From Diplonema japonicum (lineage: Eukaryota > Protista > Euglenozoa: Diplonemea), in assembly GCA_964019335.1 (NCBI GenBank), contig OZ025704.1, forward strand, positions 310,001 through 374,000: a stretch of 64,000 nucleotides of DNA, in the 5' to 3' direction. Positions 20,901 to 32,400 of the stretch are shown here, piece after piece. The notes below the pieces were generated by a model. The model searched no databases and was not told the DNA's origin. It worked only from the letters and a program-made list of their open reading frames with translations. The stretch's first letter is position 1, and every line of letters starts with the position of its first letter. The position numbers and the translations under genes are program-made.

Positions 20901-23813
20901 TCTCCAGAAGGTATGGCCGCTATGCACACCACAAGCAACCAATAGGACTCACCTCATCCATACCTTGTGTGCGCGGCGTGCGAGTATTTATGGCACAAAG
21001 AAGAGAAGGAGATGGCCCCTGGGTTATTGTTTGACTACCTGGACAAGCTGAGTGCTCTGCAGAGCACTGAATTCGACAGCGTGAAAGGGAAGTACTACAG
21101 GAAGCTCGGGGAATGGTACCAAGAACTGCACCCTGACTCTTATTGGCTGCCGCCGCAGCGCGAGGTGGTCATGCGGTACCTGCGCAAAGCCACGCACTAC
21201 GACCCAGACTCGTGGAAGGCATGGCACCGCTGGGCGCTGATGAACCATCGAGTAATGCGGCGGTCCATGATAAGGGACCACCGTATCGTACCTTTTGTGC
21301 TGCAGGCCGCGCAAGGCTTCACGAGGGTAATCCAGCTGGGCACAAGCAGCTCCATCCAAGACCTGCTGCGCCTCCTAGGGCTGTGGTTCGCACATGGGCA
21401 TATCAAGCAGGTGGAGGTGGGGATGCGCAGGGTGTTCGAGTCCATCGCGACGAACAACTGGCTTCTCGTTATCCCGCAAATAGTAGCCCGTTTGCACCAC
21501 TCGAACAAGGCAATCAGAAGCTTGCTGCAGCAGCTGCTCGTCACACTAGGAAAGGAACACGGACAGGCTGTTGTGTACCCATTGATATGCGTCTTGTGCA
21601 GCGAGGATCCAAAAAGGGCGCAGGCAGGCGCAGACGTGCTGGATAAGATCTCTACATACGACCCAACGCTTGTGGCCGAGGGGCGGCTGGTGGCAACAAG
21701 CCTGGCAAAGGTCGCCCTCATCCTTGCAGAACAGTGGAGCTACGGCATCGACGAGGCACGATGGCTGTGCTTCAATGAAAAGGACGTGGGCGGCGCGATA
21801 AAGACCTTCCACGGGCTGCACTACTTGATGGACGCGAAGCCCGTTTCAGAGCATGAGAAGATGTTCCATAAGCAATTCTCGGTGCAGCTATCCAAGGCGC
21901 ATGCCTATATGCAGGCAGCAGAGAGGTACGTCGAGATGACAGACACCGAAAAGGCTATGGAAAGCTTCAAGAAGTCCCTTGACCAGGCACTGCTGATATA
22001 CAGCGAGGTGTACAAGGACATCGACAAGAAGCTGTCGAAGATGCCCTCGCTGGATCTGGCCTTTGCGAACCCGGACCTTTGTAAGTCGAAGAACCTTTCT
22101 ATCGCTGTGCCGGGCACCTACAGGCCCACCGAGCAGGTCGTCACCATCAAGTCGTTCAACCCGAAATGCTACATCATCCCCTCAAAGCAGCGTCCAAGGA
22201 AGATCTCTATCAACGGCAGCGACGGGCAGGAGTATATCTTCCTCTTGAAAGGGCGGGAAGACCTCAGGCAGGACGAACGTGTGATGCAGCTATTCACGCT
22301 TATCAACCAGTTGCTCAACGAAGACAGGACAACTGCAAAACTCCTGCTCTCCATCGAGCTATACCCCGTGATCCCTCTGGCGTCATCTGCAGGGCTCATC
22401 GGCTGGCTCTGCAACGCGGAGACGCTGTACTCCATTGTGAAGGAGTACAGGCGGTCGCACAGGATGAGCATCACCCTCGAGAAGGGCCTTGTCCCGGACA
22501 TGGTGGAGCCAGAGGGCTACGACAAGCTCACGCTGTATCAGAAGGTCGACGTGTTCGAGCACATCTTGGAAAAGACAAACGGCGACGATCTTTCGCGCAT
22601 GTTGTGGCTCAAATCGCGGAGCTCCGAAGTGTGGCTGTCGAATAGAACAACGTACACAAGGTCACTGGCAGTGATGTCGATGGTGGGGTTCGTGATGGGG
22701 CTCGGCGACAGGCACCCGTCAAACCTCATGCTGGACATCGACACCAGGAAGGTCATTCACATTGACTTCGGCGACTGCTTCGAGGTTGCTTCCAGGAGGG
22801 CAAAGTTCCCAGAGCAGGTGCCCTTCCGTCTCACACGTCTCCTCATCAAGGCCATGGACCTAGCAGGTGTGGAAGGCTCCTTCAGGAAGACCTCCGAGGA
22901 TGTTATGAGAGTTCTCCGCAAGCACAAGGACAGCCTGATGTCGATACTGTCTTCCTTCCTGCACGACCCGCTCATCAACTGGCGTCTCATCGACCCGGGT
23001 AAGCTGCGCGACGTAGCTCCTGACGACAACCACCCCGCGTGGGAGCCGTACAACGATCTCCTGAACAACGAAGAGTCCTACTCGGCGAACTTAGGCCCGT
23101 CGATGGATATGGAGCTGAGACACAGAAGCATGCGTGAGCAGGCTGTGCGGTCGGTGATTTCAAGGCGGACCACAGAAGTGCAGAACCAGTGTCAGCAGGT
23201 GGTCACACGGCAGGCAGTTGACGCGCTGAACAGGATACGACGGAAGCTGGACGGGATCGCGTTCAAGATGAAAATGGACATCATGGAGATAGAGGGGCAG
23301 CAGTTGTACACCTTCGACTACCATGACCCACTATTCGTGGGCGAGACGGCTGGGGTGGTCAGCGAGGCTGGCATCTGTGGGGAGTGCGAGGTAGAGCCCT
23401 CTGTCATGAAGTGCAACGAGTGCAACGACACCTTCTGCGGGCAGTGCTGCGAGACAGTCCACCAGAAGCGTCGGAATCTTCACCACAATTGCATCCAGAT
23501 CAACGCAAGGCCGGTGGCAGACTTCGACTGGCGCAGTATGGACCTCTCGCATCCCTTGGCTCCCGAGGCAGAGGCTGCCCTTGAGCGCATTGTAGTCCGG
23601 ATACAAGCGATCGTCCGTGGGCATTTGGTGCGCAAGACACGGCCTCAGATCGGCCTGTCACCTACCCTCACCCCTTCTGAGCCTCCACCAGGCCCAGACG
23701 CCACGGGTCCCCAGCCTATCGACCCTGCCGACCAAGTCAAACGGCTCATCCATGAGGCCACCGCACACGAGAACCTTGCTGTCGCATATGCAGGTTGGTG
23801 TGCCTGGTGGTAA
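14981..23813 (+). CDS. TOR: TOR-family PIKK kinase, 5 exons (14981-20046, 20082-20244, 20294-20707, 20749-20910, 20946-23813), ~2890 aa; HEAT-FAT-FRB-kinase-(B-box, IQ)-FATC
   Basis: TOR-like motifs: WIEWLRVLSIELVRESPSPALRAC..LFNAAFVSC, YAKALHYRE, ESYSRAY, SKQRPRK, FLLKGREDLRQDERVMQLF, GLGDRHPSN, IHIDFGDCFE, VPFRLTR and terminal ATAHENLAVAYAGWCAWW. Removing four GT-AG introns restores one continuous frame (8673 nt) with TOR-like FAT sequence in each small exon. Confidence 0.96.
20047..20945 (+). other. Four tiny spliceosomal introns in TOR: 20047-20081 (35 nt), 20245-20293 (49), 20708-20748 (41), 20911-20945 (35)
   Basis: Donors GTATGT, GTAAGA, GTATGT, GTATGG; acceptors GCAG, GCAG, ACAG, ATAG. 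Phases are compatible and the spliced peptides (LGEWSEV, AAWMLQEW, CWLKFVSIARK, HPYLVCA) match TOR FAT segments. Confidence 0.88.
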
Positions 23814-24034
23814 GGCAATGCAACAATAAAAAAAAAAGGAAAAAAAGAAAGCAAAAGTGTCGGTCTTCGCCTCGTCTTTTCATTTTTCTTTTTTTTTTTT
23901 TTTTGCCATAGCCTCTGTTTCTTTTTTTTGTTTTTTCTAGTTATATTTCCCCACCCACCCCCCCACCCCGTTTGCATTTAAAAAAAAAAAAAAACCAGAA
24001 AAAACCCTACACAAAAAAAAAAAAAAAAAAAGAA

Positions 24035-24940
24035 ATGTCAGGAGTGTCTGCAGGTATCTTGGGAGGTCTGGCGGCGATGACGGCGAGCACGCTGACACAC
24101 CCGGTGGACTCCTTGAAGGTGAGGATGTTCTTGCACGGGGAGGGCAAGGCCGGGAGAGGCGCGGGCATGGGGATCGTGAAGACTATCTACAAAACAGAAG
24201 GGATCAAGCAGGGATTCTACAGGGGCGTGACCGCCACATGGCTGAGACAAGCACTCTTCAGCACATCAAGGTTCGGAGTGAACGACCTGCTCCAGGGCGC
24301 CATGGGCAAGGGGAAGGGCAAGGACATCAACGTCGTCAAGAAGGTGGTTTCAAGCGCTGCTGCTGGCGCAACCGCTGCATGCTTCTCCTGCCCCGCTGAC
24401 CTTGTCCTAGTAAGGATGCAAGCCGACGGTAAGCTCCCAGTGGAACAAAGAAGAGGCTACCGCAACGTCTTCCACGGTATCAAGAGCATTGCTCAGACCG
24501 AAGGTGTCTCCCAGCTCTACAGGGGACTGAGGTCCTTGGTGATGAGGGGCTGCTTCGTCACAGCTGGACAGTTTACCACTTACGACGTCGCTAAGCGGAC
24601 CCTCCTCACAAGAATGAAGTTCAAGGATGGTACCAAAACCCATCTTATTGCTTCTACCATGGCCGGGTCTGTCTCCACTCTCATTGTAAACCCGATGGAT
24701 GTGATTAAGTCACGCATGATGCAATCGCAGTCCATCCCGAAGAACTCAGCCACTATTACTCCCACTCTCATGACTTACACCTCAGATTTGGACTGTGTTG
24801 TAAAGACTTACAAGTACGAAGGCATCAGAGGGTTTTACAAGGGTCTTATCCCTTGCTTCATGAGGCAATGCCCCCAGGTTATCTTCATGTGGGTAATTTT
24901 CGAGCAGTACAAAACTCTGTGGGCCAGAGTCACTGTGTAG
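24035..24940 (+). CDS. DIC: Mitochondrial carrier, dicarboxylate carrier (SLC25A10/DIC)-like, 301 aa
   Basis: Three carrier signatures PVDSLKVR, PADLVLVRMQAD and PMDVIKSR. GKLPVEQRRGY, LRQ...TSRF and RGCFVTAGQFTTYD are typical of the DIC/OGC subfamily and closer to DIC. Confidence 0.9.
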   Translation: MSGVSAGILGGLAAMTASTLTHPVDSLKVRMFLHGEGKAGRGAGMGIVKTIYKTEGIKQGFYRGVTATWLRQALFSTSRFGVNDLLQGAMGKGKGKDINVVKKVVSSAAAGATAACFSCPADLVLVRMQADGKLPVEQRRGYRNVFHGIKSIAQTEGVSQLYRGLRSLVMRGCFVTAGQFTTYDVAKRTLLTRMKFKDGTKTHLIASTMAGSVSTLIVNPMDVIKSRMMQSQSIPKNSATITPTLMTYTSDLDCVVKTYKYEGIRGFYKGLIPCFMRQCPQVIFMWVIFEQYKTLWARVTV

Positions 24941-25723
24941 GGTTTTTTTTTTATTTTTTATTTTTTTTTATTTGTTCAGATCATCATTTTCTTTTTTTTT
25001 TATATTGTTACTCCTACTTTTCCTATCCCCTGCAAGCAGAAGAAGAAAGGGGGAGAAAAAAAAAAGAATTTTTAAAAAAAAAAATTTAAAAATAAAAAAA
25101 ATAAAAAGCCCCAAAGTACAGAGCGCGCTCGAAGCGCGTTTTTTTCTCTTATGGAGGAGCCCTGTTAAGGATTCTATTTTTTTTTTTTTAAATTGGTTTT
25201 TTTTTTTTTTTTTTTTTATTATTCTTTTTTTTTATTCCCCCCCCTTTGTAAAGCAACAAAAAAAAGTTTTTTTTTTTGAGACTTTATTTTTTTAGCGACG
25301 TGATTGAGAATTTTATTTTTAAGAGAGGAGGAGAGAGGAAAAAAAAAAAAAAAAAAAAAAAAAAGAAGAGGAAGAAAAAAAAAGATAAAGATTTCTCTAT
25401 CGTGAGCCGTAGGATGTTCAGGCTGGTAAAAGAGTGGAGGATAGCTAAAGGGAATAGAATATGAGAAAAAAAGAAAAAAGAAAAAGAAGAAAGGCAGCTT
25501 CGGGAATAGATGAAAGGCCCACATTTAACAAAAAACCAAACAACAGAGGCGAAGTACAAGTTTGGGTGCACGTTAGGAAACAGTGGAGAAAGAAAAAAGA
25601 AAGGGGTTGTCCCAAGACTAACTGGTGAGGCGCGAAATCGCAAAAACCTTAAAAGTCTAGTTTTTCTTTTTTTCTCTTCTCTTCGTCAGCAGCTGACTTA
25701 ATCCCTCAGGAAGTGTTTTTTAT

Positions 25724-25768
<45 letters not shown>

Positions 25769-26298
25769 GCGCCTTTCGATTTGATTCCCTTTTTTTTTTC
25801 AATATTTTATCCCCCCCCCCAAACTAGTGTTTATTATTATTTTTTTTTTTTATTATATTATTCATTTGAACTATTTTTTTTTCTTCATTTTCTTTCCAAA
25901 AAAAAAAAAAAAAAAAAAAAAACAAATCAGAAGAACAACCCCTCCCTTTTTTTAACCGTTGTTTGCTTCCATTCATTTTCCCTTTCACCAAACTGCTCTT
26001 CTTACCCCCCTTTTTTTTGCGTGTCTTTGCAAAAAAAAAGAGGAGGGATAAAAGGAATTGAAAGGTTCGGACGAATTGGATATTAGAGAGGAGAAGGAAC
26101 GGAGGGGGGATGGTGAACGAATGAAGAAAGGACATTTCTTTTTTTTTTTTTAAGCCCCTGTGCTACGAAGGGGGAAACTTTAGAGGGAAAAGATTTTTTT
26201 TTCTTTTCCCCGAAAAGAACGAATAAAATTTAAAAAAAAAAAAAAAAAAAGGAAGAGGGAAAAAAAAAGTCTTTGGTTTCTTCCCGCGCAACACTTCG

Positions 26299-26353
<55 letters not shown>

Positions 26354-26998
26354 TTTGTAACGAAAAACTATGATTTTAAACTTTTTTTTTAAGGGGATGG
26401 GGGAATACCATACTTGACTTTATCACAAGAATTCCCTTCCCCCCCCCCCCTATTTTTCCACCGCACTCCTGAGCACGGAGTAACGCACACTTTTGGGGGG
26501 AGCAGGGTAAAAAGAAAGAGAAAAAAAGAATGGAGGGGAGGCAGGGGACATGAGTAGTGCTTCTCACTGTTAGCGGCTTCTTAGTGATCTTTCTTTTTTT
26601 TTTGAAGGAGTCCTCTATCTCCTCCCCCCCCTTTTTTTTTGCACTCCCTCCCAAAAAAAAAAAAAAAAAAGAAAAGAAAGAAAGAATAAAAAAACACAAA
26701 GCGACCGAGAGAGGGGTACTTTTTTTTTGTAGCCAAAATCACATTTAGTCCACTATTAGAATTCTTTTTTTTTTCTTTACATTTTTTTTTCTTGTTTTTT
26801 TGAATTAAGCTATTCTGTGTGTGACGGCCTGAAATCCCTGTTCATCTTTTGGTTTTTTTTCTTTTTTTCTTTTCTTTTTTTTCTTTTCTCGTTGTCACGT
26901 GTGAAAAACGAGTGAGCCCGAGGTTGCACTTGAAAATGACACAAGGTGTGGAATATTTCTTCCTTTTTTTTTTTTTTTTTTTCTCCTTCTGCAACAGT

Positions 26999-27041
<43 letters not shown>

Positions 27042-27693
27042 CCAACTGCTCCGTGTTCCCTCTTTGCCCCCCTTTTTTTTTGGTTTTGATTTAAAGAAAG
27101 GTCCTTATGCGAAACTGAAAGAAGAGTGACCAACTTGTATAAAGGAGGGGGGACTAATTCTGTTTTACTCCCACCATTTCTTTTTCTTGTGTTATTTCCC
27201 TTTAGTTTCAAATTGTTTCCACCCCCCTTTCTTTTTTTTTCTTTTCTCCTTCCCACTCCCCGTATCCTATGTAACTCATGTTTGTTTCAATGGATACAAA
27301 TACCCCCCCTTTTTTTTTCCTTCCTAGCTTGGAGAGAAGGGTTGATGTGGGCAAAATAAAGAAAAGGCCCTCGTTGCTTTGAGCTTTTTAAAAAAGCTCT
27401 AAACTTGCGTGCCTTCCCCTAAGGGTACAAAAAAAAAAAAGAAAGTACAGAAGAAGAAACGCCCGCAGAACCCTTCTCATCCTGTGTGTATTTTTTTTTT
27501 CTCTCCATAATTTCTTTTTTTTTTTTTTACTTCTTCTTTACGTAAGGTTTCATCTTCCCTTTTGCTTTTTCACGCTTGTTTTCTTTCCCCCCCCCTTTTT
27601 TTTTTACCATTCTTTTCATATTTAATGTTCTTTTTTTAATCCTAGGTCCCTGTCTTTCTTTTTGTTATTTTTTTTCTTCTTCTTTTCTTACAT

Positions 27694-27729
<36 letters not shown>

Positions 27730-29146
27730 CGCTTTTGCTCTCTAGCTTGTTCCGAAGTTTGCATATTTGCTAAACCACATTGCACCTTCGATTTTTTTTT
27801 GTGCTTCCGTTATCCTCTAAAATTCTCTCTTTTTTTTTCCTTTCTCTCTTTCTTTTTTTTTTTCTCTTTTTTCTATTCACTGAGCTCCTCTAGCCAGTAT
27901 GCTACTTAAAGCGGCAAGGGGCTTGTTGAAAAGGAAGATAAGAAGGAAGGAAAAAAAAAGGAGGAAGAAGTAAAAATAATATGAGAATATCTTAGAACAA
28001 CAACATTGGCAGGGGCATTTTTCTTTTTTAGGCGATCCTGTCACATACTGCAGGTTCCCTCAAAGGCGTCTTTTTTTAAATTTTACAGGAAAATAGTTTT
28101 TTTTTTTTACCCCCGTCTTCTTTCGTGACCCTCGCAAAAAGCAAGCTAAATAAAATGGAAAAAGAAAATATGGGGAGGAGGAAAGTAAAGTCGTTTCATT
28201 TGTTTTAAAAAAAGGAAAAGAAATAAGAAAGAAGAACAAAGAGAAAGAAACGAGAAGAGGAAAAAAGAGAAAAAAAAAAGAAAGGTAAAAAAAGGAAATG
28301 GTCTTTACATAAAGTAGAACTTTTTCTATTTTGCTTTTTTTTTTTTTTTTTTTTTTTCCTCTTCTTCTTTTTCTTTCTCTAGCGTTTTTCTCCTTTTTCT
28401 TCTTTTTTTTTTTAGATCCGTGCTTTCCCTTTCTCTCTGTACTCCCCCCCTCTCCCCCCTTTCTTTTTTTATTGTTTTTTTTTTTGTCTCGCAATTGCAA
28501 AGAGGGCAGAAATATGGAGGGGGGGAAAGGGACTAGGAATTTTCTTGAGGAAAAAATATACAATAGTGGTGGCAAACATTTTCTGGAACGCATTTGCATT
28601 TGAACATCAGTGCCCTTTAAAAGGAAAAAATGAAAGCTATGGAGGAAGGAGGAAGGGAGGGAAAAAATAAAAAAGAATGGAAAAGTGGGACTTTTCACTT
28701 TGTGGATTTTTTTCATTCCCTTTTTTTTCTCCTTTTTTTTTTTTTGTTACTGGCCTACCCAAGAACTATCTAGGCCCTTTCTCCGAAAGGCCTTTAGGTA
28801 GGGAACGCAAAAAAAAAAGAAAAGGGAGAAAAAAAAGTAAAGAGAACAAAGAAAAAATAATTCTTTTTACTTCCTTTTGTTTTAAGAGTGTGGTGGAAGG
28901 GGTGCTTCTTCCCCCCTCCAACATAGGAAAAGAAGAAAATACTTTTATTTATTTTCTTCAATTTTATTATATGCACGAGAACCCAAACAATGAAGAACAA
29001 AGGGGAGCTTTCGTAAGATGTGCAATGAGGGGGGAAAAAAGACGAGGGGGAAAAAAAAATATATAATAAAAAAAAAAAATGCCTTGTTCTTATTTCCCCC
29101 CGATACCCTAAACTTCCTTACCCTTTTTTTTTTTAGAAAAAAAAAA

Positions 29147-29186
<40 letters not shown>

Positions 29187-29415
29187 TTTTTTTTTTCTTC
29201 CTCCTTGCTTCTATCTTTTTTTTTTAAACAACCTTTTTTAGCCCCCCCCCCTTCCATCCTCTTTTTTTTCTCATCCCCTCTTTCTTTCCCCCCCCCCCCC
29301 CTACCCAACAAAAAAATATTTAAAAAAGGATTTTTTTTAGGATTAATTAACCAAAAAAAAAAGGAAGAAAAAAAAAAAAGAAAAAAATGCAAAAACCTGG
29401 TTGTTCTACAAAACA
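24941..29415. repeat. Low-complexity intergenic DNA with dense poly-A/T and poly-C/G homopolymer runs (same character at 132-7400 and in other spacers)
   Basis: Many runs of 10 to more than 40 identical bases (e.g. T at 26300-26352). All ORF-track entries here are K/F-rich by-products of those runs. Confidence 0.9.
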
Positions 29416-32400
29416 ATGGAAGTAAGCGAAATATGGAGTGAGTATCAGAACAAAAGGGTGAGGGTGTTGTCGGTGGGGACCCGTCCGGGGCAGTTCAAGA
29501 GCATAGGCCGCGCCATCGGTTGCGCTGAAGAAGGGGACCGCATTGAGGTCGCCGGCGGGAAATATATCGAATCAATAGTCGTCTCTAAGCAAGTTGAACT
29601 CGTAGGCTGCGACGGCGAAACCCCTGAAATAGGCTATCGAGGCACAGTGGTTGCCTTCATAGGCAATGTAACACCAATACTGGTAGGGTTCGACATTTCC
29701 CAACATGACAGGTCTCGCGACCACCCTGTTATAACTGTGTCAGATGGGTCTCCTCGAATCGTCGATTGCAAATTCCCTTCAATCCTAGTGAGCGGCACGT
29801 CGACACCTGTACTTGTCAATAACACAATCTCCCACGCCATACAAGGTTCAGGAGTGCGTGTTAAAGGAAAATCAGGTGGTGTGTTCAAACGAAATCGTAT
29901 CCACTCCCACGAGGAGTACTGCGTCGAGATCGACACTGTAGGAAGCGTCACCTTCGAGGACAACAGAATCTGGTCGCCGGAGCCGGTTGAGGCAAAACCG
30001 CACCTCCGTGCTGTGCAGAAGGAACGCGGGAAGGGCGTCGTGATTATCTCCGCGAGAAAAGCCGGCTCCGCGTGCAAACCAATCTTCCGTGGGAATTATA
30101 TATCCGATGCTGGCGAGATGTGCGTTCTTCACTCCGCGCCGTTTTGTCTCGGCGCCCCCGCATCACGTTCCACAGTGTGGATCGCCAATGACAGTGGTGG
30201 AACCTTTGAAAGCAATGATCTTATCGGCGGTGTGACTGCCATTAGGATCTCTCCCGGAGCCGCCCCGCTCATCAGCGACAACACGATCTCCAAGCAGGAT
30301 CGGTACGGTGTTTTGATCGAGGCGGACTGTACCGCTGCCGTCGTCGAGAAGAACCGTTTCGTGGACTGTTCAGTGTCGGCGATTCACCTAGCAGGCTCCA
30401 TACGCGTCTTTCAGAATTTCATAGGTGGGTCGCTTACTGGGAACGGGATTTCCATTGGAAGCGAGGCCGCACCTTGCATCGAGCAGAATGTCATTGACGG
30501 TGTTGCGAAGGTTGGCATCAAGGTACACTCTCTTGGGTCCGGGTTCGTCACGAAGAATGAGGTGAAGCGTTGCGAAGGACCGTGCATCTTGTTCGAGGGC
30601 GGGGCGACGCCTGTCATCGAGGCGAACATCATCACCGACGGCAGGATGCAAGGCATCGTTGCTGTCAACAGCGCCGCTGGTGTTATCAGCAGGAACGAAG
30701 TCATCGGTGCCGCCGCCGCTGGCATCGCGGTCCTCAAAGGATCCGACCCCTTTGTTGACGGTAACAGGGTCAGCTCTTGTGTGGAGGGCATACTCGTCTC
30801 TGCAGATGCGAAGGGCGGATTCAAGGAAAACATCATTGAGGACTGCGGCACGGCCGTCATTGTGACACACTCATCTGCACCTATCTTCGTGAAGAACAAG
30901 GTCCTGACCAGCGACGGGAATGGGTTCTGCATCAAAGAACAGGGCAGAGGGGTTTATAAGGAAAACACTGTCGAGAACTGCAAGTTGACCGGAATGGTGG
31001 TGGCAAGCATGGCTGACCCAGAGGTGGGGGACAACATCTTCCTTGGAAACGGTGAGTACGGCATCGAAGCGCAGACGAATTGCCTGGGCATATTCGTACG
31101 AAATAAGTTAAACAGCAACACCATTGCAAACGTGCACGTGGCGACGGGGGCAGACCCAACCTTCCGTGGCAACACGATCTCATCGACGTCTGCAGGGGAC
31201 GGGGTCCGCATCGACGAGGGAGGTCTGGGCCACTTCGAGAAGAACAGAATCATCGACGTCAGCAACGGCGTGGTGATCCGCCATCTTCACACAGCGCCTG
31301 TTCTACTCCGGAACATCATCACGGGTTGCAGGAGGCATGGGATATCAATCAACGAGGAGGCGGCAGGCACCATCACACGCAACAACGTATCGGGTTCCCA
31401 CGAATCAGGCATCGTGGTGGCGAGTGGCGCAACGCCCCTCATCGCCGAGAACCAAATCCACGAAAAAGTCCACTCTATCGTTATGACAGGCAAAGGCACA
31501 AGCCCCGTGGTCCGAGGGAACAGTATATCAGGATGCGGTGGGCCTGCGATCGTAATCAGAAAGCAAGCCAACCCGCAAGTGACACGGAACAGCCTTGTAG
31601 GCAATCTTGCAGACGGGGTGCTCGCCGAAGACGGGGCGCAAGGTGTCATCGATGACAACGAGCTTCGAGGAAACGCTTGCGGGGTGTCCATCGCGACAGA
31701 CGCCGCACCGGTACTCGAACGCAATTCCATCACAGGCTGCACCATAGCGGGGGTTGAAATCCGAAGCGGCGGGGCTGGGATGGTACGGAACAACACGATC
31801 TCCGAGAACGCAACGGGCGTGTCATCAGTGGGGCACAGCGTGACCACAATCTTCGAGGCTAATACAATGGAATCGAACACATACGCAGTGAGATGCAGCC
31901 GCCCGCAAGGGATCCAAGGAAAGCAAGGCGAGGTCATCCTCAGAGACAACACGATCACCACGTCTGCCGTAGTCAACGTCCTCATCGAGAACCACGGGCG
32001 CATCACATTGGAGTCCAACGATATCTCGTCAGCGCCTGTGGGCGTTCTGTGCAAAGCTAGAGGGCACGGAGTTCTGAGGAAGAACACCATTCACACCCAT
32101 GGTGAGGTGAACCTCCGGGTGCTGACCGACGCAAACCCGACCGTGGAAGAAAATGTAATTGATAGATCCAAGATTGGCATAGAGGTGACAGACCACGGTA
32201 GGGGTACCTTCATGGGCAACGTCCTGCGTGGAAATGACTTGCAGATGTACGTGCTTCGAAAAGGCAACCCGACCGTGAAGAACTGTGAGATGAGCGGGTC
32301 CACAGGAAGCGGGCTCGTGATCCGTCAGGAGGGGTGTGGGACGTACCTTGAGAACAATCTTAACGGAAATGCGTTGTCGGGGATGGAAATCGAGATCGAA

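Noticed and set aside
15142-23624. Long antisense and alternate-frame ORFs inside TOR (likewise inside the beta-helix and giant surface genes)
   Set aside because: Expected shadows of GC3-rich codon usage; no independent motifs.
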